A stretch of DNA of 64,000 nt from Eledone cirrhosa (GCA_964016885.1 OZ024743.1:198772001-198836000), one strand, 5' to 3'; counted from the stretch's first letter, positions 1 through 15,073 are shown. The notes: generated by a model not told the origin, from the letters alone. Translations and numbers: made by a program.

Positions 1-565
1 AGTTCAAATCCCACCGAGGTTAGCTTTGCCTTTTATCATTACGGGGTCGATAAAATAAAGTACCAGTCACGCACTGGGGTCGATTCCATTGACTTTCTCC
101 TCCCCCAAATTACTGGCCTTGTGCCTATACTAGAAATCATTATTATTGGGTGGTGGATTGGCAGTATCGGTAGAGGGTCTGACGCCATGCTGTGCAGCAT
201 AGAGTTACGGTCCTTCATGGTCTGAGTTCAAATCCCACCGAGGTTAACGTTGCCTTTCATCCTTACGGGGTCGATAAAATAAAGTACCAGTAATGCACTG
301 GGTAATTGCTGGCCTTGTGCCAAAAGTAGAAACAATTATTATTATTATTATTTATTATTATTTATTTATTACACGGTGGATTGGCAGTATCGGTGGAGGG
401 TCGGACGCCATGCTTTTCAGCATAGTTACGTCCCTTTACGATCTGAGTTCAAATCCCGCCGAGGTTAACTTTGCCTTTCATCCTTACGGGGTCGATAAAA
501 TAAAGTACCAGTAATGCACTGGGTAATTGCTGGCCTTGTGCCTAAAGTAGAAACAATTATTATTA
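1..565 (+). mobile_element. Three tandem copies of a tRNA-derived SINE (first 5'-truncated, long-tail variant)
   Basis: A-box-like TGGCAGTATCGG, B-box GAGTTCAAATCC, core GCCTTTCATCCTTACGGGGTCGATAAAATAAAGTACCAG (Nin/Deu-domain-like, from memory), tail GGCCTTGTGCC..AGTAGAAACA(ATT)n. Confidence 0.9.
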
Positions 566-780
566 TTTATTTCTGTTTGGTCTCTTTAGTCTTTGCTTTA
601 GTCAATTATCAGGAAGTTGAAAAAAAAAAAATGGGTGGGAAGATTAAAACTTTGTAACAGAAAAGAGAGAAACAGATTCCTTTTGTCTCTCTTCAGAACT
701 AGAATGATTACAAGACGGAATTGTTAAGTAGTTCTTTTTGTTGTTGCTTTTATTTTTTTTACACCTTCTACGAAATAAAT

Positions 781-844
781 ACCACCACCCCTACCACTAG
801 CACCACCACCATCACTACTACTACTACTACTACTGCTGCTGCTG

Positions 845-897
<53 letters not shown>

Positions 898-1073
898 ACT
901 ACTACTAATAATACTGCTACTACTACTACTACTACTACTACTAATACTACTACTACTACTTTAACTAGTACTACCAAGACCATCACTACTACTACTACTA
1001 CTACTACTGCTGCTGCTACTACTACGACTACTACTACTTTAACTACTACTACCAACACCACCACCACCACCAT

Positions 1074-1121
<48 letters not shown>

Positions 1122-1125
1122 CACT
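781..1125. repeat. (ACT)n/(ACC)n/(GCT)n compound microsatellite
   Basis: Directly visible trinucleotide runs. Confidence 0.95.
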
Positions 1126-1589
1126 ACTCAATATATATCGGTCATCCTCCTATGATCTGTACTTTGAATTAATGATCACATTTTATTATTTCTTAGTCAT
1201 TTTTGTTAGCTGCCAGGTCGGGGAGATTCGCCATACATTTTGGCTTACTTTTTTCTCCTCCATTTTATTCTTCGTTTTTATTCTACGGTCCAAATTGAAC
1301 AGTTTAGATTTATTTTTTAGTACTATTAGAAGTTTTTATTTGTCTTTGCTCCACATATTTTTTTTTCACAAATAAATAAATAAGTAAAATAAGTAAGAAC
1401 ACCTAATACTTTATTGCATGTATTTATTTCTCTAAGAGAATGGTGCGATTATTTTCTTTTAGTCTTTGTTTTTGTTTTTGTGTTTGTGTTTGTTTTGTTG
1501 TTGTCTTTTTTTCTACGCTTCCTTCTCCTAATGTATTGTCAACACTTAGTTCTTGTTCAACAATACTTCCAGTAAAGATGTTTGGAAAC

Positions 1590-1925
1590 GAGGAAATAGA
1601 AGAGAAAGACGACGACGACGGCGTAGAAAAAGAGGAAGAAGTCGAAGTAACACAAAAAAGAAGAAGAGAGGGAAAAACGAAGACGAAGAAAAGGGAAAAA
1701 AAACGAAGAAACAAAAAAGGAAAAAAAGAAGACAAAGAAGAAGAGAAAAGGAAAAGAAGAAGAAGAAGAAGAAGAAGAAGAAGAAGAAGAAGAAGAAGAA
1801 GAAGAAGAGAAAAGAAAAAAAAGAAGAAAAAATGACGAAGAGAAAAGAAAAAAAGAAGAAAATAAAAAAGAAGAACAGCTACAAGAACAACAACAGCAAC
1901 AACAATAACAAAAAAAAACAAGATA
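1590..1925. repeat. A/GAA-rich low-complexity tract with (GAA)n
   Basis: Directly visible. Confidence 0.9.
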
Positions 1926-2189
1926 AACACGTGAAGGAACTAATGATGATGATGATAATGTTGAGAATAATAATGATGATGGGGATGATGAAGAGAAGGA
2001 GGGGGAGATGAGAGGGTATGGGGAAGGGGAGTGGTGGAGGAGGGGGAGGGATGAGAGGGAATGTGGATGGGGAGTGGTGGGGGAGGGGGAGAATGGAAGT
2101 TCTTAGTAACAATGCAGTTATTGTAAGTATTGTTTAAATTGGCTGTGAGAAATTCAATCTGAATCCTAATGTTCGAACTATAACAGAGA

Positions 2190-5100
2190 ATGGAGGTGGT
2201 GTTGTTGGTAATGATTGTGGTGGTGGTGGTGTTGGTTGTAGAGGTGGTGTTGTTGGTGTTGGTGGTGATGGTGGTGGTGGTGGTGGTGGTGGTGGTTGTA
2301 GAGGTGGTGGTGTTGGTGTTGGTGGTGATGGTGGTGGTGGTGGTGGTGGTGGTGGTGTTGGTTGTAGAGGTGGTGTTGTTGGTAGTGATGGTGGTGTTGG
2401 TGGTGGTGGTTGTAGAGGTGGTGTTGTTGGTGTTGGTAGTGATGGTGGTGGTGGTTGTAGAGGTGGTGTTGTGGGTGTTGGTAGTGATGGTGGTGGTGGT
2501 AGTACTGGAGGTGGTAGTGGTGGTGGTGGTTGTAGAGGTGGTGTTGTTGGTGTTGGTAGTGATGGTGGTGTTGGTGGTGGTGGTTGTAGAGGTGGTGTTG
2601 TGGGTGTTGGTAGTGATGGTGGTGGTGTTAGTACTGGAGGTGGTGGTGGTGGTGGTGGTTGTAGAGGTGGTGTTGTTGGTGTTGGTAGTACTGGAGGTGG
2701 TGGTGGTTGTAGAGGTGGTGTTGTGGGTGTTGGTAGTGATGGTGGTGGTGGTAGTACTGGAGGTGGTGGTGGTGTTGGTCATAGAGGTGGTGTTGTTGGT
2801 GTTGGTAGTGATGGTGGTGGTGGTAGTACTGGAGGTGGTGGTGGTGGTGATTGTAGAGGTGGTGTTGTTGGTGTTGGTAGAGATGGTGGTGGTGGTGGTG
2901 GTGGTGGTAGTACTGGAGGTGGTGGAGGTGTTGGTTGTAGAGGTGGTGGTGTTGGTGTTGGTAGTGATGGTGGTGTTGGTGGTGGTGGTTGTAGAGGGGG
3001 TGGTGGTGGTGTTGGTTGTAGAGATGGTGTTGTTGGTGTTGGTGTTGGTGATGGTGTTGGTGTTGGTGATGGTGGTGTTGGTGGTGATGGTAGTAGAGGT
3101 TGTGTTGTTGGTGATGGTGATAGTGGTGGTGATGGTGATACTACTGGAGGGTGGTGGTGGCGATGGTAATGGTTGTGGTGGTGTTGGTGGTGGTAGTGAT
3201 GGTGGTGATGGTGATAATACTGGAAGGTGGTGGTGGTGGTGGTGGTAGTTGTAGAGGTGGTATTGTTGGTGGTGGTGATGGTGGTGATGGTGATAGTACT
3301 GTAGGCGGTGGTGGAGATAGTAATGGTTGTGGTGGTGGTGTTTGTGGTGGTGGTGATAGTAATGATTGTGGTGGTGGTGCTTATGGTAGTGGTGATAGTA
3401 ATGGTTGTGGTAGTGGTGTTAGTGGTAGTGGTGATAGTAATGGTTGTGGTAGTGGTGTTAGTGGTAGTGGTGATAGTAATGGTTGTGGTGGTGGTGTTTG
3501 TGGTGGTTGTGATAGTAATGGTTGTGGTGGTGGTGTTTGTGGTGGTTGTGATAGTAATGGTTGTGGTGGTGGTGTTTGTGGTGGTTGTGATAGTAATGGT
3601 TGTGGTGGTGCTTGTGGTAGTGGTGATAGTAATGGTTCTGGTAGTGGTGTTTGTGATGGTGGTAATAGTAATGGTTGTGGTAGTGGTGTTTGTGGTGGTG
3701 GTGATAGTAACGGTTGTGGTGTTTGTGGTAGTGGTGATAGTAATGGTTGTGGTAGTGGTGTTTGTGGTGGTGGTGATAGTAACGGTTGTGGTGTTTGTGG
3801 TGGTGGTGATAGTAATGGTTGTGGTAGTGGTGTTTGTGGTGGTGGTGATAGTAACGGTTGTGGTGTTTGTGGTGGTGGTGATAGTAACGGTTGTGGTGTT
3901 TGTGGTAGTGGTGATAGTAATGGTTGTGGTGGTGGTGATAGTAATGATTGTGGTGGTGGTGATAGTAGTGGTTGGGGTGGTGGTGATAGTAGTGTTTGTG
4001 GTGGTGGTGATAGTAATTGTTGTGGTGTTTGTGGTAGTGGTGATAGTAATGGTTGTGGTGGTGGTGATAGTAATGGTTGTGGTGGTGGTGATAGTAATTG
4101 TTGTGGTGGTGGTGATAGTAATGGTTGTGGTGGTGGTGATAGTAATTGTTGTGGTGGTGGTGATAGTAATGGTTGTGGTGGTGGCGTTTGTGGTGGTGGT
4201 GATAATAATGATTGTGGTGGTGGTGATAGTAGTGGTTGGGGTGGTGGTGATAATAATGATTGTGGTGGTGGTGAGAGTAGTGGTTGGGGTGGTGGTGATA
4301 GTAGTGTTTGTGGTGGTGGTGATAGTAATTGTTGTGGTGGTGGTGATAGTAATTGTTGTGGTGGTGGTGATAGTAATGGTTGTGGTGGTGGTGTTTGTGG
4401 TGGTGGTGATAATAATGATTGTGGTGGTGGTGATAGTAGTGGTTGGGGTGGTGGTAATAGTAGTGTTTGTGGTGGTGGTGATAGTAATTGTTGTGGTGGT
4501 GGTGATAGTAATGGTTGTGGTGGTGGTGTTTGTGGTGGTGGTGATAGTAATTGTTGTGGTGGTGGTGATAGTAATGGTTGTGGTGGTGGTGATAGTAGTG
4601 GTTATGGTAGTGCTGGTGTTTGTGATGGGGATGGTAGCGTTTCTGGTGGTGGCGGAGGTGCGGGCTGGTAGTGGTGGTGGTGGTGGTGGTATAGGCTGGT
4701 AGTGTTAGTGATCGTGGTGGTGTTGGTGATGGTGATGGTAGGTTTGCTGGTTGTGGTGGTGGTGGTGGTGGTGTTGGCTGGTATTGGTTGTGGTGTTGGT
4801 GGTGATGGTAGGGTTACTGGTGTTGGTGGTGGTGTTGGTGATGGTGATAGTGATGGTAGAGTTGCTTGTAGTGGAGATGGTGGTTTGGCCTGGTAGTGGT
4901 GGTGATGTTGGTGTGGGCTGGTAGTGATGGTGGTGTGGCCTGGTTGTGTGGCCTAGTAGTGGTAGTGTGGCCTGGTAGTGGTGATGGTGGTGGTGTGGCC
5001 TGGTAGTGGTGGTGATGTTGGTGTTGGCTGGTAGTGATGGTGGTGGTGGTGGTGTGGCCTGGTAGTGGTGGTGATGTTGGTGTTGGCTGGTAGTGATGGT

Positions 5101-5460
5101 GGTGGTGGTGGTGTGGCCTGGTAGTGGTGGTGATGTTGGTGTGGGCTGGTAGTGATGGTGGTGTGGCCTGGTTGTGTGGCCTAGTAGTGGTAGTGTGGCC
5201 TGGTAGTGGTGATGGTGGTGGTGTGGCCTGGTAGTGGTGGTGATGTTGGTGTGGGCTGGTAGTGATGGTGATGGTGGTGTGGGGTGGTTGTGGTAGTGGT
5301 GGTGGTTGTGGTGGTAGTGGTGGTGATGGTATAGTTGCCGGTAGTGGTGGTGGTGTGGGCTGGTAGGGTGGTGGTGTTGGTGTGGGCTGGTAGTGGTTGT
5401 GTGGGCTGGTAATGGTGGTGAGGCTGGTTATGGAGGTGATGATGGTAGTTGTGCCGGTGT
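2190..5460. repeat. GGT-based minisatellite with three successive unit types
   Basis: Units GGTTGTAGAGGTGGTGTTGTT.. (~2190-3150), GGTGATAGTAATGGTTGTGGT.. (~3310-4600), GTGTGGCCTGGTAGT.. (~4880-5400). Confidence 0.9.
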
Positions 5461-5583
5461 TGATAATTGATATGGTTGTTTAGCCCAAGCCAACACCTCC
5501 CGAGCAGGCCTATGATAAGAAATACTCTGACCAGGGCCATTTTGTCATTTTACGGTATATATAGGCGCACATTAGTGGCAATT

Positions 5584-5772
5584 GGCGGTGGATTGGCAGT
5601 ATCGGTAGAGGGTCGGACACCATGCTTTGCAGCACAGTTACGTCCCTTTACGATCTGAGTTCAAATCCCGCCGAGGTTGACTTTGCCTTTCATCCTTACA
5701 GGGTCGATAAATAAAGTACCAGTAATACACTGATATAATTGCTGGCCTTGTGCCTAAAGTAGAAACAATTAT
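5584..5772 (+). mobile_element. Full-length SINE copy
   Basis: GGCGGTGGATTGGCAGTATCGG...GTAGAAACAATTATT. Confidence 0.9.
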
Positions 5773-5889
5773 TCTTTGCTCTAAACACCACAAACAAATC
5801 TAAATAGCTCTCTAATTCGTCCATATTGCTTTTAGTTGCTGCTGTCATTCGATTGTTGTTGTTTGTGTGTTTGCTTTTGTTGTTCTTAC

Positions 5890-6930
5890 CGTTCGTTATT
5901 GTTGTTGTTGTTGTTGTAGTCGTCCGTTATTGTTGTTGTTGTTGTTGTTGTAGTCGTCCGTTATTGTCGTTGTTGTTGTTGTAGTCGTTCGTTATTGTTG
6001 TTGTTGTTGTTGTTGTAGTCGTTCGTTATTGTTGCTGCTTTTTGTTGTTGTCGTTGTCGCTCGTTGTTGTTGTTATTGTTGTTGTTATTGTTGTTGTTGC
6101 TGTTATTCTTGTCTTTCGTTATTGTTGCTGTTGCTGTTGTTGTTGATGTTCCTGCCGTTCGTTATTGTTGCTGTTGTTGTCGTTGTCATTCGTTGCTGTT
6201 GTTGTTGTTGTAGTTGTTCTTGTCTTTCGTTATCGTTGTTGTTGGTGTTGCTGGTGGTGGTGGTGGAGGAGGTGTTGGTTTTGATGGTGGTCTCAGTATT
6301 GTGGTTACTGGTGGTGGTGTTGTTGTGATTGTTGTTGTTGTTGTTGGTGGTGGTGTTGTTGGGGGTGGTGGTGTTGTGGATGGTGGTGGTGTTGTTGTTG
6401 GTGGTGGTGTTGGTGGTGGTGGAGATGTTGGTTTTGATGGTGGTGGAGGTATTGTGGTTACTGGTGGTGGTGTTGTTGTGATTGTTGTTGTTGTTGGTGG
6501 TGGTGGTGGTGTTGGTGGTGGTGGTGTTGGTGGTGGTGGTGATGATGTTGGTTTTGATGGTGGTGGAGGTATTGTGGTTACTGGTGGTGGTGTTGTTGTG
6601 ATCGTTGTTGTTGTTCGTGGTGGTGGTGGTGTTGTTGGTGGTGGTGTTGGTGGTGGTGGTGGAGGAGGTGTTGGTTTTGATGATGGTGTCTGTATTGTGG
6701 TTACTGGTGGTGGTTTTGTAGTGGTTGTTGTTGTTGTTGGTGGTGGTGGTGGTGGTGGTGGAGGAGGTGTTGGTTTTGATGGTGGTGTCGGTATTGTGGT
6801 TTCTTGTGGTGGTGGTGGAGGAGGTGTTGGTTTTGATGGTGGTGTCGGTATTGTGGTTGCTGGTGGTGGTGTTGTTGTGGTTGTTGTTGTTGTTGTTCTT
6901 CTTCTTCTTCTTCTTCATCATGGTGGTGCT
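5890..6930. repeat. GTT/GGT compound micro/minisatellite
   Basis: Recurrent unit GGTTTTGATGGTGGT..ATTGTGGTTACTGGTGGTGGTGTTGTTGTG. Confidence 0.9.
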
Positions 6931-7444
6931 GTCGTTGGTTAATGTGGCAGTGGTGGTGACATCGTTAGTGGGTGTTGCGTTGTTGTTATTGTTATTATTT
7001 CCATTCTCATTCTCATTGTTATTGCTGATAGTGGAAGTACTCGTGGTTTTGATGGTGGTCGTATCTTTGTTGTCATTCTCGCTGTTGTCATCAATGTTGT
7101 CATCAAGCCGCTGTGTCTCTTTACAGCTGCACATTATCCCATTGTCAACAAGCAGCTTATAGTTTGGCTAGAAAGGGTAGCCCACCCACTCAGTAACAAC
7201 CAACACTAATCTTTTACCATATGCCATTAAATACCAGAAATTTTATTTATTTTACTCCTTTTTTTATATTTATTAACTTTGTTACTTTCCTTTTTTTTTT
7301 CAGTTCCGCGTTATTTGTTGTTTATTTATTTGTTAGTTTTATATTTAGGTTATTTTCTTCCCTTTTTCCTTGTCATAGAAGTCTGTTACACACAGGCACA
7401 TATATGCCTGTATGTAAATATACGTGTGTATATATATATATGTA

Positions 7445-7533
<89 letters not shown>

Positions 7534-7595
7534 GAAGAGAGAGACAGAGAGAGATATATAGATATATAGATAATAGATAGATAGATAGGTATATT

Positions 7596-7626
<31 letters not shown>

Positions 7627-7691
7627 GTATGTGTATATACATATATATATACACATATATATATATATATGTACATATATATATATATACT

Positions 7692-7729
<38 letters not shown>

Positions 7730-7819
7730 CATATATATATGTTTTGTTCCTGTTCAAATTTTTCCATTATATATATATATATATGTGTGTGTGTATCCCA
7801 ATAAATTAAATATAACCTC

Positions 7820-7912
<93 letters not shown>

Positions 7913-8305
7913 CAAATTTGGACGGGAACATATATTATCTACTATATTTTATCATCACCCACCCTGAGCAGAAGAAGAAGAAGAAGAAGAAGAAGAAGAA
8001 GAAGAAGAAGAAGAAGAAGAAGAAGAAGAAGAAGAAGAAGAAGAAGGTGTAGTGGGATGGTAGATAAGTTGCCCTTTCTTTCTAGTGGTAGTACAGTTAT
8101 TTTCTATCTTTTTAATATACATATGGTGCCAATGTTGTTTCCTCACTTGATAAGCTACTGAGCGAAGACGGATAAGTAATGTTATATAGGGTAGTGAAAG
8201 ACTTAGCCCATTCACACACACATATATATATATACATATATACACATATATATTTATATATATATATAGATATATATATGTATACACGAACACAGATATA
8301 TATAT

Positions 8306-8640
<335 letters not shown>

Positions 8641-8669
8641 TATATATATATATATATACATATATATAT

Positions 8670-8850
8670 AGGGAGAAAAAACGATTATTAGGAAGAAAAA
8701 AAAATGTTTTTCCTTATTTATTTTTTTCTAGGTAGAAAATGTTTAAAACAAAATATTTTACTTTGTGTGAAGTGTTAAGGTATTAGTTAATTTATTTATT
8801 TATTAACAATACCATTTATTTATTTATTTATTTCATGATTATCAATAAGA
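8670..8850. repeat. TA-flanked dispersed repeat, second copy at ~53266-53450
   Basis: Shared AAATATTTTACTTTGTGTGAAGTGTTAAGGTATTAGTT(A/G)ATTTATTTATT. Confidence 0.8.
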
Positions 8851-8851
8851 A

Positions 8852-8906
<55 letters not shown>

Positions 8907-9045
8907 TATACGTTTTACACTTACACTCAAACATATATCTAAAAGCATGTATTTTAATTCTCTTGTTGAACATATGAAAGAAAGAAAAAATTCTTACAAC
9001 ATACATATATGTTAAAAACTTGTGTTGAAATATTTTATGCTGAAA

Positions 9046-9233
9046 TAATTGTTTCTACTTTAGGCACAAGGCCAGCAACTACTCAGTGCATTACTGGTAC
9101 TTTATTTTATCGACCCCGTAAGGATGAAAGGCAAAGTCAACCTCGGCGGGATCTGAACTCAGATCGTAAAGGGACGTAACTATGCTGGAAAGCATGGCGT
9201 CCGACCCTCTACCGATACTGCCAATCCACCGCC
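9046..9233 (-). mobile_element. Full-length SINE copy
   Basis: Reverse complement of the SINE consensus. Confidence 0.9.
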
Positions 9234-9349
9234 TTATGCTGAAATAATGGTTTTTAATTTGTGCTCAAGGCTAGTTATTGTATAGGTATTGTATTTTATT
9301 AACCCATAATTGTAACAGGTAAAATGGGTTTCGGCAGTATTTGAACTCA

Positions 9350-9394
<45 letters not shown>

Positions 9395-10199
9395 AGAATC
9401 GAGACCAGACGGCTGAGCTCTTGCTGTGGCGTCCTGAATCTTTATATTATAATTATACTCTACTAACCCAAGTATCGAGTACTCTGTTGAGTAATGGTCT
9501 AAGCAGTTTCAAATTGAATCCATACTGATTTATATATATATATTTAACTATATGCCTAACTAGTTATATATAGCAATACTTCTCCATTGGTTCAACAATA
9601 TTTTTCTCTATGATATAAGACAAGTATCCAAAACAGTAATGCAGGCACATTGATAACTGTACATTGCTTCTACTTGTTTCACCAATCTCAACTCAGGTAG
9701 AGAGAAGACTTAAATGATCCCTGATGCAATTTTACCTCAGAGCCTAAATGGACAACTTACTAAATATTCCATTTTCTTAATGTTAATAGGTAATATTTAA
9801 GAATTGTATTCAATTTTAGCATTTAATTTTGAGAAATATCATAATTTTGTAGTAATATGTACTGAGCCTGTATTTCTATTTGGACCACATCATTATAATG
9901 TACAAGAAAAGGAAAACCTTTACATGACTGCCTGATCGGCTAGAAAGAGCAGCTAAGTCTCTATCAAAATATCAATATATCAAAACTGACAATGTTAGAA
10001 AAACTACATATTAGATTATGTGGTTCTGAGCTCCTTCCTCATAGTAAGAAAACAGAATAGGCACAACAAGCATGTATTTGATCACCGATCTGCTCGAGCA
10101 AGATTGAATTCCTGTTTACATAAAGGTTAATCTACAGCAAAAACATCAAATAAAATCCGAGGTCAATATGATTTGTGTTTTCAGATTATTATTACATGG

Positions 10200-10580
10200 T
10201 GGGTGGATTGGCAGTATCGGTAGAGGGTCGGACGCCATGCTTTCCAGCATAGTTACGTCCCTTTACGATCTGAGTTCAAATCCCGCCGAGGTTGACTTTG
10301 CCTTTCATCCTTACGGGGTCGATAAAATAAAGTACCAGTAATGAACTGGGTAATTGCTGGCCTTGTGCCTAAAGTAGAAACAATTATTACATGGTGGATT
10401 GGCAGTATTGGTAGAAGGTCGGACGCCATGCTTTGCAGCACAGTTACGTCCCTTTACGGACTGAGTTCAAATCTCGCCGAGGTTAACTTTGCCTTTCATC
10501 CTTACAGGGTCGATAAAATAAAGTACCAATAATACACTGGGATAATTGCTGGCCTTGTGGCAAAAGTAGAAACAATTATT
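10200..10580 (+). mobile_element. Two tandem SINE copies
   Basis: Consensus matches from ~10200 and ~10392. Confidence 0.9.
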
Positions 10581-11029
10581 GCATAGAAAGATATGAACAA
10601 CTTATTAAAAACAGAAGTATGAAACCAATGTATTCTTGTTCTGCTATTTGCTAGATATATTTGGTTTCATCTGGAAGAATCATATTTTAAATATATATAT
10701 GATGAGTATAATTATGAATACTGCGGGTAAGTTATTCAGTTACAGTAACTATCAGTCACATTAGTAGCAGCATATATATTGCATGTGCTGTAGATGCATG
10801 GCAAAGAACGTATTGTTATTGTCAGTGAGACTCATAACGCATAAACTTAGACAGCTAAACTTCTGCTAAATCTAACAATTCTATATGGAAGAAAGTGATC
10901 TATGAGGTTACCTATTGAATTACTTTAAATACACACATGACTGGAAACGGAAAGACATACTATAGTAATATAAAAGCGCGTAAAGGGTAAAGACAGTCTT
11001 TGGTCAAAAACGACCCCAAAGAATCTCAA

Positions 11030-11225
11030 GCCTGGATAAGACGTTTATGTGGAAGTCCAGCAGCTGCATGTTCATACCAAGTTCTCTTCTCTACGCCAGG
11101 GAAAGGCAAAATTCGTTGGAACTTGGCACCAGTAATGTCGCAACTCATTTCTCCAGCTGAGTGAACTGGAGCAACTGAAAATAAAACGTCTTGATCAAAG
11201 AGAGAACACACCGCCCCGGAATCGG
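11030..11225 (-). mobile_element. Second, older SINE-like family (related pieces at ~33180-33380 + and ~56840-57020 -)
   Basis: Shared TTGA(T/G)CAA..CCAGT(T/C)CA(C/T)TCAGCTGG..AAATGA motif. Confidence 0.55.
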
Positions 11226-12325
11226 CATAGTAATATATTATTCATAAAAAAGAATATTTTCTTTTTGTTATTGATACAAATATTCAGATTTTATAATGTT
11301 TTTGAGAAACGTTTTGCAAACGTTTATAATCTAAAATACAGAGGTGCTAGAATATACATCTGGAGTTAACCAAAGAAAAGAAAAGCAGAAGCAACATAAT
11401 AAAGAGGAATTACATTTCAGGTGTAAGGTGTTAGATTTCATACTTTATGGCGCAGAGTTCATCTCTAGAGAGCTGTAAGAATTTTTATTCTCCTGGGCCC
11501 ACTTGACTAATAAGGAGCATAATGTGTATAAAATAAATATAAATGTTAGAGAAAACGACTAACAATAATATGTAAGTAGCAGATTAAATAGCAAAATTCA
11601 TCGGAGAACAGAAAAATTTGTCCTCATATCTAGATTAGAAATATATCTAAGTAACTCGCAATTACTGGCTAACATTAAAACTAAAAGGATATTCCTTCTT
11701 TATTCCTCTCCTTTCCTCTCCCTCATTTGTAGATAAAATGATAATACAGGCATACACACACACACACATACACGCATACACACAAACGCATACACACACA
11801 CATATTCCACAGTCATTAATGTAGTTTCTTCTGTTGTTGATTGTTTTTATTTATATCATTTATTATTTTTTTCTTCAATCTAAACTAATCACGCAGCAAA
11901 AATTGTGAAAAATCCTTTCGTAGTAGTAATATAATATTTCCTCAGTTGTGATTTGCAATATTTAAGTATGCAAGTATTTGAATGGTATGTTATTCCATTA
12001 AAAGTCATTGACAAAATATCACATCTGTTCTAATTTATATTATTTTATTTTAATTTAGCTTTTGTGTTTGTTTATTTGTTTCTCTCATTTCACAATTAGA
12101 AATTCCCCGGGGACATAATTTTCCAATATTTATAAGGATAAAAGCTACGCCGTTTGTAATATTAAGTTCAACTGAAATACTAGTGATGAGAGAGAGGGGG
12201 AGAGGGGGAGGGAGAGAGGAAAGAAAGGAGAAAGATGAGAGAGTGATGTAGGAGAGAAAGAAAAGAAATTATATTTGAACCTAAGCATTTGATACCTTAA
12301 ACTCAGTAGAAAAATACACTGCTGG

Positions 12326-12484
<159 letters not shown>

Positions 12485-14789
12485 TTTCGTGTATGTATGT
12501 ATCTATGTACATGTATATTCGTGTGGTGATTATGTGTTTGTGTTCAGATATTAGTCTACCCAAAAATTAATTTCTTGCAATCTAAAATTATTATTATTAT
12601 TATTATTATTATTATTTTTATTATTTTATTATTTAATTTTTTAAAAAGTGAGGGGGGTTAAAGAAAAAAGAAATAGTAAATAGAGATGGTGTGGGGGAGA
12701 GTTCTACAAAGAAAATGGAAAAAACACTCTGAGCATCTCACAGTTCAGTATGTTTTGGACTTTATATTAATGTCTAATTCAGACACAACGCTAGCAAATT
12801 TAGGTGCAGGGCACATTTGCTTAAATCAACCCCAATTCTTGACTGGTACCATAATTTATCGGCCGTGCGAGGATGAAAGACAAAGTTGAATAAGGTGGGA
12901 TTTGAACAAATAACGCAATGGCGTTTCATCAGAAGCTCTACCGATTCTGCCAACCGACTATTATTTTACTGTTACACATTATTAGATTTCAAGAATATCT
13001 TAGGATCATAGAAAAGAAATAGTAATTATTGGTAATTTAGGGTAGTAAAATGTGTCTATATGTATAAGCTTATATTTTACGCCTTTTACTAGTTTCAGGC
13101 ATACGAATGTTGCTATGCTGACCATAACGAGCCAATACTTATATCTTTTTAGAATCTGGTCCTTATTTCGGTTATGTCGGATAGCTAGCTTACAAGATAT
13201 AATACATATACACAAATGTAAACATAGACAAAGACACACACACACACACTCAGACATGTGTGCGTGTGTTCGTATGTATGTGTGTGTGTAGAGAGAGTGG
13301 TAGAGAGAGATGGGTGTCTTTATGAATACTAAAGTCCTTGGAAGGGAAATGTTGCAAAATAATTTAGGCATGAAACAATTTAGAAATGAAAGAAGTATAT
13401 TGATAACATTAAGTGAGACTATATATTTATCATACTATAACTATATAAGTAAACACTGACATATAGTACTGGATTGTACTGGAGAAATAAATATATTCAC
13501 TAGTCAACATGTTTTAAGCTCGAGATCAGATTTGATCGAGCGGACATTTGATGGACAATGTTCTAGCAGTCACTATCTATTTTTGTCTATGAAAAATTCA
13601 TCTTAGCTCTAAATTATCCAAAGGGTCTTTCCTATTTCAGATGATAGAATTCATTTTGAAGGAGCCTTAACTGCTGTCTCTACAGACTTGATGCGTCCCT
13701 AGCGAGCCTCTCATTGATTGAACTGTACATGTCGATGGCAGTTAAGTTCTTAAATTGAAGTGGATGAAACGATAAGTTCAGAAATCATTGTTATTTATAT
13801 TAGACAGAACTGAAATATGGACAGGTAGAATAAATGGCAAGGGCCTAGCATTCTGATGACACCTTTTCATCCCAACTTAAGTGTTTGTACTATTAATCTA
13901 CTCTCAAAAGTAAGTACATTATGCACATTATGTACATTATGTCAAAAGTAAGTATATTATGCACAGTTTGTATACATGTAAATATCCCAAACACATATAT
14001 GTATTTGGTATAGATTACGGAAATATTTAATAAACAGACTAGGTCTAATTATCAGACTTACATATACATAAATTAATATAAACTCATATCAACTTAACAG
14101 GGAAACTAAAATGTATTGTATACCAAAGAGGATGTTGTAGTTACTTTTTTGGTGGGGTGGGGGAGAGACAATCGTAATTTTCTGAAGTTGTCAACCAACA
14201 TATCAGCTACCTACATGTAGCTATCCCCATCTCTCACTATCATAGTCAAACGAGAGCCTACGCACTGGCCGCCTCGAGGTCCTCGCGGAGAGAATAGAGA
14301 AGGCTTTTCCCCAGAGGATGGTAAGGGAGACATGTTGGAAGAGCCATTCCAGCTCTCATGGCACACACCTGCACGTAGCCAACTCTGTGCCGATGATGGT
14401 CAGTAGGGAGGTGATGCTAGGGCCAAACACCTGAAGTCTCCACTGCTACGGTAACGACCACAAGCTTGTAGGAGAGCGACCGATATTTGGAAAGTTTTCC
14501 CTCCTCGGCCTGAAGTGAAACAAAGACCGGATTAAACTCAGACAGCACCAGGTTGCCGCTGGAGAAGCTGTAGCTAAATGTGACATCTCAGATGAGGGCT
14601 TCAACGTAATATTAATGTATTTTGGCATTTAGTTTTCCATTTTGGCCTTTATTTCCACAATTATCCAACCATCATTCTCTTCGAGGTATCTCTTACTGTG
14701 AACATATATCTACTTACTACTGCATTTGCTTTTGATTTCAATGTTCAACTACGACATGCCACTTGGGCTTCTGTCATTACTATGAAATT

Positions 14790-14834
<45 letters not shown>

Positions 14835-15073
14835 ACCTTATGGATAAAACTCTTAAAATTATTTAGCTGTGCATTTGTTTTCTGTCACCTTCAGAGCAGC
14901 ATTGAGGTAGTTATACTTTAGATACTTGGCATAATGTGGCCAGTTGCATAGAAACCTTGCTAAGGTTTATTATAACAAAAGGATTCCGTCCATTTCAGAA
15001 TTCTACCAAGAGCGAATGCGCATATAGGCCCATCAAATACGTTGGTCCTTGAAATTGTTTAGATGGTATACAA

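Noticed and set aside
148-340. tRNA gene
   Set aside because: A and B boxes are present but there is no cloverleaf; it is the SINE head.
3151-4671. 506 aa Gly/Cys-rich ORF (GGGDSNGC repeats)
   Set aside because: Arises from a GGT-based minisatellite with units in multiples of 3; overlapping frames are also open and there is no gene context.
14230-14560. GC-rich island, possible LINE 5' UTR or HDV-like ribozyme
   Set aside because: I could not build a consistent nested pseudoknot by eye.
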